DNA of 64,000 nt from Chlorokybus atmophyticus. Its lineage: Eukaryota > Plantae > Mesostigma and Chlorokybus algae. Under the pieces are notes generated by a model, which did no database searches, was not told the origin of the DNA, and was given only the letters and a program-made list of their open reading frames with translations. Position 1 is the first letter of the stretch. Each line of letters begins with the position of its first letter. The DNA is taken from positions 256,931 through 320,930 of the forward strand of contig RHPI01002503.1 of NCBI GenBank assembly GCA_009103225.1. Direction: 5' to 3'. Shown piece after piece: positions 25,674-37,179 of this stretch. Both the position numbers and the translations under genes were made by a program.

Positions 25674-28600
25674 CTCTTTGCTCAAGTGAGTGTAGTTGCA
25701 AGCTGTACATCAGCATCGCAATCTGAAGTTGTACACATCACAGTGCAGTGTTGTCACCGTCATCGCATAGCGCGCACAAGTGCTAGTGTGTTGGGTGATA
25801 GCAGCGCTGGAGATCCCATTGTAGAACACAAACACTCTACCCTTCATTCCACTTTCACCATCGCACCAGCTGTATGAGCAGGCCCACCCCGTTCTCCCCA
25901 ATAGACGAGGGTGACCTCAGCAGTTGGAGCCCAACCACCAACCTCACCTACGAGCGGACCAGTGACGGGAGCATCGACCGCAGCAGCAGAGTCTCGCGCT
26001 CCATCTCCGGCTTCACCCCGCTTCACTCTACTCCTCGTCATCAAGCTTCTCCACTATCATCGGACAGCGACGACAACGAGATGGAGTCTTCCAGTTCAAC
26101 CACATCCCTGCGCTTCTCCGGACGTGCCGGCACCACCTCGCTGGATGAGTTCATCATCAAGTTCCACTCCAAGATGCGGCAGCAAGCTCTGAAGAACAAA
26201 GACTGGTCAGATGAGATCTCTTTCCACATTGCTGCTCAGTATCTTGATTATGAAGCACACGATGTCTGGAAGTCCGTTGCTGAACTGCATCGAGTAGACG
26301 GCTATGGCGAGCTTGCCAGCACCATAGCATCTGCATCGCTGCACCGTCCAACAGGTGTCGTTCCACCTGCCACTTCAGTTGCAGTAACAGGCTTGTCCAT
26401 AGCTGCAGCTCTCAAGCAGGCAGAGGAGGAGGAACCGGAGTTGGTACTTATCAACTTGACCCCTGCAGAAGTTGAGTCCAAGGAGGCCACACGTCGAGTC
26501 CGCATCCTTGATCGTTCTGCCGTCATCATTGAGGAACAAAGAGCTGCACAGCCAGCGGCAGCCGCAGAGTGGGGTACTCCTCTACCTCCGGCAACACCTG
26601 GCTCTCGTGCGGGAGGCAGTACCTTCACCCTCGGGTCAGTAGCACTGCGCGCACCAGCCATCTCTGTAGGTGCAGCCATCTCTGATTCGCCACTCAAGGA
26701 CCTGTACGCTGCCCTGCGCCGCACCTTCCCTCCTCAGACCACCAGCAAGGTTGAGGAGCTGAGACGCTTCCGACGCAAGCCCAATGAGGATCCCCTCCGC
26801 TTGTACTCCAGACTGGAAGGTCTGCTGAAGGACACTGACTACAGGATTGTCACTGAGGAGGCTGCTGCAGTGATATACGTCAATGAGTTGGATGCTGCTC
26901 AAAGCGAGTCGACACGCCTGACTCTGAACTACAGCAGGCCCCTTGGCTACACCCTCAAGGAAGCTTTCGAGACTGCACAAGCCATTCATAAGCGCGCAGT
27001 GTATGAGAAAGCGGTGCTGGACACCAACCGCAGTGCCTCACGGCCTATGGCAGGCACAAGTGCAGAGCCTCTTCGGCGGGACCGCAGCCGGGAGTCGCAA
27101 GGCATCCATTACAAGGATAAACGGTCAGCTCATGCTGCCCTTGTGGCTCCAGTGCTGTGCCACCGGTGTGGTCGACATGGCCACTACCAAAAGGAGTGCA
27201 CCGAAGATTACGGCAACCTTGTGTGCGACCACTGCCACAAGACGGGACACTTGGAGACAGTATGCTGGCTCAAGTTCCCTGAGCTGCGGCCCCCTATTGG
27301 CTACAACAACAGCAACAACGCTGTTGGCTACCGCGGCCACAACAACCACAACAACAACGGGGGCTACAACAACAGCAACCATGCTGGCGGCCACAACAAC
27401 AGCAACAACGCTGGTGGTCGCAACAACGGCAACAACGCTGGTGGCCACAACCCCAACAACAACAGCAACGCTAACGCCCGCAAGGAAGAAGCTGGCTATA
27501 GGGGGAAAAACCGCCCTCCACAGCACAAAGGACTTGAGGGACGTCCTCGCGCTGGAGCTGCTGCTGTCAAGGCACCAACCAATCCACCGGATATCGACCA
27601 AGTGGCAGCCCTGATGGCGCGCGTGGCATAGCTGGAGGAAAACAAGGAGCATGACTATCAAGCCTGCTATGCTGCTAGGTGGGCATTGATGGCACCAAAA
27701 CGGGACAGGGACACTCCCACGCCGTCACGCGTACAACCATCCAGACGGGCGCGCAGGGAGGCTGGCGCGTCGTCAACAGCGGCATTGTCGGACGCCACAA
27801 GTGGTGCTGCCTCGGCAGCCACAACCACCGCTGGGACGACGCCGTCGACGACACCGTCGGCATCCACACCGACTACGACAGCAGGTGTCAACACTCTTGG
27901 CACCACGCTGTTCCCAGTGACGGAGAGCACCCACGCCGCAGCAACCATGGTCGTTGGGTTCGTAAGTGGTGAATCCACCACTCCTGCCTCCATCGGAGCG
28001 ACCACATCAACCGTACCTGCTGCCACCCTCACAGCTGCCACTTCAGTGACGACGACTGCGGCAGGTGCCACCACCATCGCCTCCAGTAGTGCTGCCATGC
28101 CCACCGCACCACTTCCTGAAAGCTGGACGGCACCGCCACCAGCATTGGACGTCACACAACAAGTGCCACGCGGGCCGCAAGCAGAACGCGCCTGGGCATC
28201 GATTCTACGCAACGTGGAGCCCACCACTATTGCGTACGGACCAGGGGGGCAACGCACCACGCGCGTGGCACGCGATGATCGCATCTTGCCCCTACCACCG
28301 CCAGAATACCACACGCTGCCGGAACCCACACAACAGCAGCTGGAGGATGAAATCCTCGCCGGCACTGCACCAGAGATGAGGGATCGTCTGTTCGGGGTCA
28401 CCTATCGCCGACCTGCGGTGTTGGAACTGGCCATCCAGTTGTTCATGGCATTACATGCACAGTTGCAGGACGCACCCAGTCAATCGCGACAGCCCATGCC
28501 CGCTCAACGGATCGACTTCGAGCCTTCGACACTGGACCCACTCGGCCTCCGGCGACAAAAACACCAAGACCTCGTGGTCACGATGTCTGACATAGCGCTG

Positions 28601-30763
28601 GGCGCTGATCCCGCTCTCCGGGGGCTCACTCCAGGCAGTCGTCAAGAGCGTTTCTCTGCACTCGAACAGGCCCATCGGTATCGCATGGACCAAGCTGCCC
28701 AAGTGGACGCGCGCCGACAAGCATACGAAGCAGCACACGCCGTTATCGTGCCAACCGTAGCACCAGCACATGTTGCCAGCGCCTCCACGGCGCCGACCAC
28801 AGCACACGCCACGGCGCTCGCCATCGAACAGGCGGGACACGCAACTGTTGCAGACCAAGCGAGGGCGTTGGCGCAACAATTGAGGGGAGTAATCGCCCCG
28901 CTGCTGCCTCCTTTGGTCGAAGACATGCCTGAGGATCAACGCGATGCAGGGCGAGGGTACCTCACCTCGCAAGGGGACACCACACAACGAGGAGGAGCTG
29001 GTATGGTGGGGGAGCAACAACTCCGTACCGCACTCATCCGGCAAGCAGTCATGTTGCACAGGCCTGAGGGCAACACATTAAGACAGATGATGGGGATGCA
29101 AGAGGGCAGCGCCGCGCGAGCTCGTCTCGTGACATGGCTCGTTGCCAATCACCCTGCTGTCCCCCTGTTTGCCTTTGGCAACCGAGCATCATGGTTGGGG
29201 GCATTCGTTCGTTCGCTGCGACAAGCATACGACGAGGCTGCCACCACAGCCCCGGACACGCTGGAGGGAGTGCAAGAGGCAATGCTGCGGCTGCCAGGGG
29301 TGGAAGCCGCACGGCAACGGCGGCGCATCGCCATTGCTCATGAGCTACACGCACAGCAGACTGACCTCCAGCGCACCCTACGCGCTCGCGCCATGACCGT
29401 GCTCGATGTGGGAGTGGTACAAGGAAGGTGGGATGCCTACATGGCAGGGATCTTGCGAGTCCCCACCATCACTCACGACATGCGGCGACAGCTACTACGC
29501 GCCGTATACCTGCAGCCCATGCCTCAATATCATCATTGGACCGACACGGACACCGAGCCCACGGCCACGTGGGAGGGGACATTGGTCAGAGAAGCGGCTC
29601 ATGCTGTGCGATGGACGTACGCCGCGGAGCAAGCTGAACGCGAGGCAGGCCCACAAACACCGGGTCCGCCGGGGTTTCCTCCACAGCCATTGGGTACACC
29701 CGCGGGCATGATTCCATCTTCGCAGAGGCGGCATCCACCTGCGCCGCCACCACAACCAGCGCCGGAACCTCCAGCACCGAGGCCCCCCCGTGTCTACCAA
29801 CCACCACGACAAGGTCGGTTCGGCAGAGGGAGAGGGCAAGGAGGGGGTTCTCCGGACCCAGCAGGCAGAGGAGCTCTGGCTGCCATGCGCTCAGCATCTC
29901 CAGCTGAGGCAATTGAGTCAGAGGAACAGACACCTCGCATGAAGAGGCTGCGTATCGACGCCAACGCTGCCATGGTGGCCAACCAAGGCAAGCACGTTAC
30001 CATCAACGGTCTGGCACCCAAGCGGGTAATGTTGGACACCGGAGCACAGCCTGTCATCATCGGGCGCTTCCTCGCGCGGTCCCTAGGCATAACCAGTTCC
30101 GACTTGGTGCCTTGCCCGTACGTGTTGGACACTGCCACAGGTAGCCGAGATAAGGTGATGGGAGTCACCAGGGAGGCCTTTTGCATTCGGTTGACAGGGC
30201 TGGACCCAACCCACACGACCGAGATCGTCCAGCAATGTGTGGTCACCAATGCCGGCTCCTTCGACTTTCTGCTTGGGCAGGATTTCAACTTCCCTGTGGG
30301 CATGGGCCTCGACTGCTGGACAGAACGAGTGTGGTTTCGGCCACATTGGGATGAGGACGACGGAGAGGTACAGGGCTTCCTGCCTCTCGAGTTGGTCTCG
30401 CGCACGCGCGCCCAACGCAAAGTGGCTGCCATGGCCACACGCAGACACGCCCGCACCCGGAAGGCTGTAATGGCCATATACGACGGTGCTCGGACGCAAG
30501 TCGCTGCTGGTGCCACAACCCCGTGTCAAACCGGCGACCCCTCTCCCATCCCGTACAACGAGGAGCAGGAGGATGCCACCGTGGAAGTAGCATTACAAGA
30601 CCCAGCTGAACGGCGCTGGCGCGCACAGGTGGACGCACACATCTTGCTCAGCCACCCACTGATCACCACGCGCTTCCCCAACTACCGAAGCCACGTCAAG
30701 GTGCAGGACCACCATATGGTGGCCACCGGAGTGGTGGAATTCCACACCTTTCGCAGGCAACAG

Positions 30764-31740
30764 GGCATTACAGTGTTGGAGCTGTTTGGAAGCATTGGCA
30801 GTGGTCTTGCTGCAATCCTCTACACGGGCGTGAAGGTTACCAAATACTATTACTGCGACCCAGACCCACACGCGTAAACGGGCCTCAAGCACCACCTACG
30901 CCAACTGCACACCAGGTATCCACGGCAACTACCCCTCTCGGCGTTGCAAGGCAGCCTCAAAGCGTTGCCACAGGACATCCGGCTGATCACTGAAGATCAC
31001 CTACTGTCCCTCGGCAACGTCGACCTGTTAATAGCTGGATGGGAATGCCAAGGGCACTCCAGGGCAGGCAAGGGACAAGGCCTCGATAACCCTCGCTCCA
31101 GATTGTTCTGGGAGCTGATGAGGATCATCCACCTCCTGCAACACCACCAGATCTCCAAACCCCTGGGGTACGTCATCGAAAATGTGCATTCAGAAGACGA
31201 CAAGCGTCCGCACGTGGCCTCCAGCTACCGACAAGTTTGCTCCATTTTGGGGCACCCACTCAAGGTGAACGCGGCACGACATGGCTCGCGCGCACATCGT
31301 GTACGTGCCAAATGGACGAACTTGGCCACCGTGGAGGAGCTCATGACCGCCGAATACACGCGCAGCGCCCGGCCGCGCAACCTGCTGGTCGACGACATCC
31401 TTGACCCCGGCCGCACAGCACAACCTGTCCTGCATCATGACCACCACCATTTCTACCAGTGCAATCAGCCTGGTCAGCCCCGTCGCGCACTCCCCACATT
31501 GGTGTCCTACCCGGGCTCCTACGCCTTTCGGAACAATGGTGACGGGATGGTATTTGATGCGGCCACCAACACGCTGGAAGAACCCAACGCACGCGAACGT
31601 GAACGCGCCATGGGATTCTTCCCCAACAGCATCACAGGTTCATCGCTGACGGACAATCAGCAATGCCAGCTGCTTGGGCGCGCCATGGACCAGAACAGCA
31701 TGGTATGGCTGCTGGAGCTGAGCTTCGCGTTGCAGGACCG
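30764..31740 (+). CDS. C5 cytosine-DNA methyltransferase domain within the element C polyprotein, between protease and RT
   Basis: Motif I VLELFGSIGSG; IV DLLIAGWECQGHS (catalytic Cys); VI YVIENV; VIII HRVRAKWTNL; IX ERERAMGF; X LLGRAMD. Confidence 0.88.
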
Positions 31741-34700
31741 CCACGTGTCCTTCGAGGATCTCGAACACTTGGCTGGGGGGTGGGCTGATCGCGTAGCCGA
31801 CACCAAGGCAGCTCACACAGCTCTCGAGGTGGTCCACATGGAGGAGCAAGCGGCAGTGACAGTGGAGGACATTCCTGTGGTTGCCAATGCAACCTCCTGG
31901 GACCATGCCATTTGCATTGGCCCGGTGGCCACGGAAGACACTCGAGAGAAGCTGGAGGCTCTCCTCGATAAATGGAGGAGCCAATTCAGCTTCAATGTGA
32001 AGGAATTGGGTACATGTTCGGTGTACCAGATGAACATCGAGCTAGTGGACACTGAGCCGGTGTTCCGGCGACAATACAGGCTCTCCAAGTTGGAAGAAGA
32101 CTTGGTGGAACAGAGATGTAAGGCACTGCTGGATGCAGGCCTTATCGAAGAGTCCACATCGGACTTCGCAGCAGCAACCGTCATGCCCCTGAAGAAGGAT
32201 TCAGCGGGCAACTGGACAGAGCGACGCATGTGTGGCGACTACCGTCCCCTCAACAACAAGACCAAGCAAGACCGGTACCCCATGCCCACAGCAGAGGGTA
32301 TTTTTGATGATGTAGGAGACTGCACAGTCTTCAGCATCCTGGACATGCGTCAGGGGTACAACCAGATCGCCATCAAGGACGAGGACAAACACAAGACCTC
32401 CTTCTGGGGCAACCGCCAGTTGTACCAATGGAAGGTAATGCCGTTCGGGCTGAAGAATGCCCCCGCCAAGTTTCAACGCGTCATGGACAAGGCCTTGAAG
32501 GGGTTGGACTGCGCGCGGTGCTACATCGATGACATCCTCATCTTCAGCCGCAGCAACGAGGAGCATCTTCAGCACATCGAAGCGGTGCTGGAACGACTCA
32601 AGGGAGTGGGGATGACCGTACACCCCGACAAGTGTACCTTCTTCACCCACAAGGTGCCGTACTTAGGGCACATGATTGTGCCCCATGGTGTGTATGTGCA
32701 GCAGGCAAAAGTAGAGGCTCTGGCAGCTATCCCTGCCCCGACAGACCTCACGCGCCTGCGCGCTTTCTTGGGACTTGCCAACTATTATCGCCGATTCGTG
32801 AAGGACTTCGCGAAGATCGCAAGGCCCCTCAACGAGCTACTGAAAAAGGAGGTGGAGTTCGCGTGGAAGGAGCCGCAACAGCAGGCCTTCGAGGAGCTGA
32901 AGAGCAGACTCACCAGCGCTCCCATCCTTCAACGTCCGGACTACGCCAAGCCTTTCATCCTTCACACCGACTGGAGCAAGCTGGGGATGGGAGCGGTGCT
33001 GGTGCAGCACGATGAGAACAAGAAGGAGCGGGTGGTGTCATACGCCAGCCGAAGCAACAACAGCGCCGAGGCCAACTACAGCAGCTACGAAGGGGAGTGC
33101 CTCGCTGCAGTGTGGGCCATCTCCTTCTTCCGACCTTTCCTCTTTGGTCGACAGTTCCAACTGATCACCGATCATCAGCCCCTCAAGTGGCTGATGACCA
33201 ACCAACATCTGACAGGGAAACTTGCTCGATGGGCCCTGCTGTTACAGGAATACGACTTCGAGATTGACCACCGCGCTGGCCTCACCAACCAAGACGCCGA
33301 TGGCCTCAGTCGCAACCCCCACCTCAGCACCAACGACGCAACTGGAGCGCGGCATGAGCTCATCCCAGCAGCAACAGTTCCCACCATGGCAGCCATGTTT
33401 GCTGCTGCCGCGTTGCGCTCAGGGCGCAAGACCAACACCTCAACCTCAGCAGTGGTAGAGGAGATTCCTGCCCTTGAGTCTACCGACCCTGCGGCAATCA
33501 CACCCTTGGGAGACGCCCACGCCGCCGACGTTGACGTCGATGACACAGAGCCGGCGTCCACTGACACCAGGCAGGACATATGGCACGACAAGCCATCACT
33601 CTCCTTTCTTCAACGTGGCCATCTCCCCTCTGGCATGAGCGCTCGAGAGAAGGACCGGGTCAACCAACGCACCCGTCACTATCGCTGGGCAGGTGACAAG
33701 CTGTATCGCCGCTTCCACGGCGAAGACAAGGAAGTGCCGACACCAGTCACGCGCAAGGACATCATCGCTTCCCTCCACACTGAGCTTGGACACTTTGGTG
33801 TCAAGCGCACAGTCAGTCTAGTGAGAGCACAGTATTGGTGGTATGGATTAACAAAACAGGTGCAAAGGTTCGTCAGTCACTGCCAGCAGTGTGACATGGT
33901 GCGCGCCAGCCTCAACACGCGTAGCGCCACCTTGCACCCACTCCCCATCTCCGGTCTCTTTTACCGATGGGGACTCGACATCTTGGGGGACTTGGCACCC
34001 TCAGCACGTGGCAACCGTTACATATTGGTCATGATTGAGTACTTCTCCAAATGGGTGGAGCTGGTGCCATTACCCGACAAGAGCAGCAGGGGGGTGTCTC
34101 AAGCCTTCCTCTCTTACGTTGTCAGCCGCTTTGGCAGCTGCGCCGAGGTCATCACCGACCAAGGTACTGAGTTCAGAGGGGAATTCGACACCCTCTTGGA
34201 CAAATGTTACATCGACCACCGCCGTACCTCGCGTGATCACCCTCAAGCCGACGGCCTCGCCGAGCGGACGGTACAGACCATCAAGAAGGCACTCCGCAAA
34301 TACGTGTTGGAGTACAAGAAGGACACTTGGGATGACCACCTACCATGGGTGGCCCTTGGGTATCGGTTGTCAAAACAGGCAGCTCTGAGGGAGTACAGCC
34401 CGTACTACCTGTTGTTTGGGCGGCCACCATTGCTCCCCTTCCGTGCGCAACAGGAGGTGGATCGCGTCGTGAACAACCTCGACGACCCTGACTGGATGCA
34501 CCACGACATCACCACGCGCGCCGCACTTTTCGAGCGCACCGTCCCCATGGCCTTCAACAATCTGCGCATCGCGCAGCATCGCGACACGCTGCGCTACGAG
34601 CGCGTACGTAGCGGCTTTTACAAGGAGCGCCAACGGCGATTCCAAGCGGGGGAACCTTGCCTATCGCATGGCAGCCACCAAAGACACACTTGACACCTCC

Positions 34701-34874
34701 GTAAGCCGCACCGTCTACAAGGTACTCAAAGTGTACCCCACAGGGGTGCTGGACCTCCTTGGTCAAAACGGAGAAAGGTTGAAGGACAACATGGTGAACT
34801 GTGCGCCATGTCACCTCCCTTACGTAGCTGGCTTCGGGCGTATCCAGCACCCTCGTCCTGCGCGCAGCACCCGC

Positions 34875-35015
34875 TGTGAACACTGCGGCAGCGCCGGCGA
34901 CGACGCACTTATGATGCTCTGCGATGGCTGCAACAAAGGCCTGCATTGCTACTGCCTGGAGCCACCTTTGGACACGATACCTATGGAAGAATATTGGTGC
35001 GACGACTGCCGTACC
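34875..35015 (+). CDS. PHD finger at the integrase C-terminus of element C
   Basis: CEHCGSAGDDALMMLCDGCNKGLHCYCLEPPLDTIPMEEYWCDDC, a C4HC3 pattern. Confidence 0.92.
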
Positions 35016-35076
35016 AACGGCCCTCCTCACTTGCGCTAGCAGCTGAGCTCTGGAGCTGGAACCTTCCCCAGAGCCC

Positions 35077-35084
35077 AGGGGGGG
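35077..35084 (+). promoter_or_regulatory. Putative polypurine tract of element C
   Basis: AGGGGGGG directly before repeat B1, about 40 bp after the pol stop. Confidence 0.6.
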
Positions 35085-36996
35085 TGGCTTGTTGACTCTG
35101 TATGCTACGGCACAGCATGTTCTTAGGGAAAACACCGACTCCATCTGCCCGTACTACCCAGCAGCAGCACCCCAGCTGCACGAAGCACTTGTCACCATGA
35201 GGGTGGAGGTCATCTTTCTGTTCTTGCTACGCGTCACCCAGGTGGCGCAGCAGCATGTCCAGCACAGTATGGCTGTCCATGCAGCTGTCCGAGACAGCGT
35301 GACCCTCGACTCCCCTCGACCCGACAGCTGTCATGCCTATCGCCCAAGCATGCCAGTCGTCATCGGGCATGCCTACAGCGAGACCCTCGCCCGGCTTACC
35401 AGCATGGCAACCCGCGCGCGCCTCTGACCAGTAGCTAGGTCATGTCCCTAGAGTAGTTCGTGACCATAGCCTGCATAGGCACCGCGCGTAGCTGTGCAGT
35501 TGTGAGTTCAGTTATAAGTCCGGTTCTATATCGAGTGGGCATTTCCTGTGGAAATAGCCTCGATATGACCGTTAGCTTATGTTCTGGACAGTCATGAGTT
35601 GACTTGTATAAGTAGGCACAGTGTTCACCGGATCAGCTGGTGACACTGTAAGTGAGAAAGCTAAGAGCTTGTGAAGCGACTTGAACTACGAACACACCGT
35701 CCTGGTTCCCAAGAATCCCCTCACCGTGTGAGAGCCTGTGCATGTTCTTGTGCACTGTGCTTGTTCTTGCTGTGAGCTTTGTGTACTTGGTCGCGGTGTG
35801 CTTGTTGGCATCAGTCAGGGCATAGCATCCACGTGTTGCTTGCTCATTCACCTCACTTAACAGTGTAATCCCTCTCCCACTCACGCAAAGAACTGTGTAA
35901 ACAGCACTACCTATAGTAGTGGCTTGTTGACTTTGTATGCTACAACACAACATGTTCTTAGGGAAAACACCGACTCCATCTGCCTGTACTACCCAGCAGC
36001 AGCACCCCAGCTGCACGAAGCACTTGTTACCATGAGGGGGGAGGTCATCTTTCTGTTCTTGCTACGCGTCACCCAGGTGGCGCAGCAGCATGTCCAGCAC
36101 AATATGGCTGTCCATGCAGCTGTCCGAGACAGCGTGACCCTCGACTCCCCTCGACCCGACAGCTGTCATGCCTATCGCCCCAGCATGCCAGTCGTCATCG
36201 GGCATGCCTACAGCGAGACCCTCGCCCGGCTTACCAGCATGGCAACCCGCGTGCGCCTCTGACCAGTAGCTAGGTCATGTCCCTAGAGTAGTTCGTGACC
36301 ATAGCCTGCATAGGCACCGCGCGTAGCTGTGCAGTTGTGAATTCAGTTATAAGTCCGGTTCTATATCGAGGGGGCATTTCCTGTGGAAATAGCCTCGATA
36401 TGACCGTTAGCTTATGTTCTGGACGGTCATGAGTTGGCTTGTATAAGTAAGCACAGTGTTCACCGGATCAGCTGGTGACACTGTAAGTGAGAAAGCTAAG
36501 AGCTTGTGAAGCGACTTGAACTACGAACACACCGTCCTGGTTCCCAAGAATCCCCTCACCGTGTGAGAGCCTGTGCATGTTCTTGTGCACTGTGCTTGTT
36601 CTTGCTGTGAGCTTTGTGTACTTGGTCGCGGTGTGCTTGTTGGCATCAGTCAGGGCATAGCATCCACGTGTTGCTTGCTCATTCACCTCACTTAACAGTG
36701 TAATCCCTCTCCCACTCACGCAAAGAACTGTGTAAACAGCACTACCTATAGTAGTGGCTTGTTGACTTTGTATGCTACAACACAACATGTTCTTAGGGAA
36801 AACACCGACTCCATCTGCCTGTACTACCCAGCAGCAGCACCCCAGCTGCACGAAGCACTTGTCACCATGAGGGGGGAGGTCATCTTTCTGTTCTTGCTAC
36901 GCGTCACCCAGGTGGCGCAGCAGCATGTCCAGCACAATATGGCTGTCCATGCAGCTGTCCAAGACAGCGTGACCCTCGACTCCCCTCGACCCGACA
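35085..36996 (+). repeat. Element C 3' repeat array B1-A2-B2-A3-B3 (period 835 bp)
   Basis: B (242 bp): 35085-35326, 35920-36161, 36755-36996. A (604 bp): 35329-35932, 36164-36767. B|A joints read CCGACA-GC-TGTCATG; A|B joints overlap in TGGCTTGTTGACT. Confidence 0.95.
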
Positions 36997-37000
36997 CCTT

Positions 37001-37174
37001 CTCGACTGGCCCTTCGTTTTCTGGCACCTTCCGGACTGGTCTTGGGGCCCCGGTCGATATCCGCGGTTGACTCATAACTCGCCGATATCCGCCACAAGTC
37101 ATTAAAAACATGTACCTTCCAAATAAGGCCTAAAACAGCCATGAAAATCACAAAATTTGGCCTTGACTGTTACA
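37001..37174 (-). repeat. Element A 5' LTR, remaining part
   Basis: Matches ~13778-13950. Confidence 0.94.
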
Positions 37175-37179
37175 GCATT

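Larger units (their letters stand above)
25874..35039 (+). pseudogene. Element C polyprotein (about 3050 aa): Gag (2 zinc knuckles), unknown region, protease, C5-MTase, RT, RNase H, integrase, PHD
   Basis: ORFs 25874-27631, 27686-30877 and 30944-34693 share one frame, separated by single stops (TAG 27629, TAA 30875). A +1 shift near 34653 leads into 34668-35039. Motifs: CHRCGRHGHYQKEC, CDHCHKTGHLETVC, MLDTGA, YIDD, HTDWS, H-H-CxxC, GLD / TDQG / AER. Confidence 0.93.
25058..36996 (+). mobile_element. Element C: Ty3/gypsy-type retroelement with C5-DNA methyltransferase and PHD finger and split direct repeats (A-internal-B-A-B-A-B)
   Basis: Ends TGTCATG...CCGACA; 4-bp TSD CCTT (25054-25057 and 36997-37000), whose removal restores the A LTR sequence tcgagcccttctcgac. 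One long polyprotein frame. Confidence 0.95.
13281..37174 (-). mobile_element. Ty3/gypsy chromovirus-like LTR retrotransposon, element A (defective; contains B and C)
   Basis: Ends TGTGAC...TGTTACA with 5-bp TSD GCATT (13276-13280 and 37175-37179). Paired LTRs, tRNA-iMet-type PBS, PPT, gag, RT-RH-IN-chromodomain. Confidence 0.96.

Noticed and set aside
27125-34645. Numerous antisense and alternative-frame ORFs over element C
   Set aside because: Expected shadow ORFs of GC-rich coding sequence; no domain motifs.
35329-36161. A+B as an ordinary TG...CA LTR of a normal element
   Set aside because: The 5' end has only A, an orphan B follows the PPT, and the primer site follows A. A normal element would need two independent, precise rearrangements. 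Not fully excluded without other copies.
25058-36996. Element C as a DIRS/PAT/Ngaro tyrosine-recombinase element
   Set aside because: I found no R-H-R-Y recombinase ORF. It has a full HHCC + DDE integrase, Ty3 domain order and a TSD.
35085-36996. 835-bp tandem array as CRISPR, satellite or assembly duplication
   Set aside because: No short repeat-spacer pattern, it belongs to a retroelement terminus, and every copy has private substitutions.
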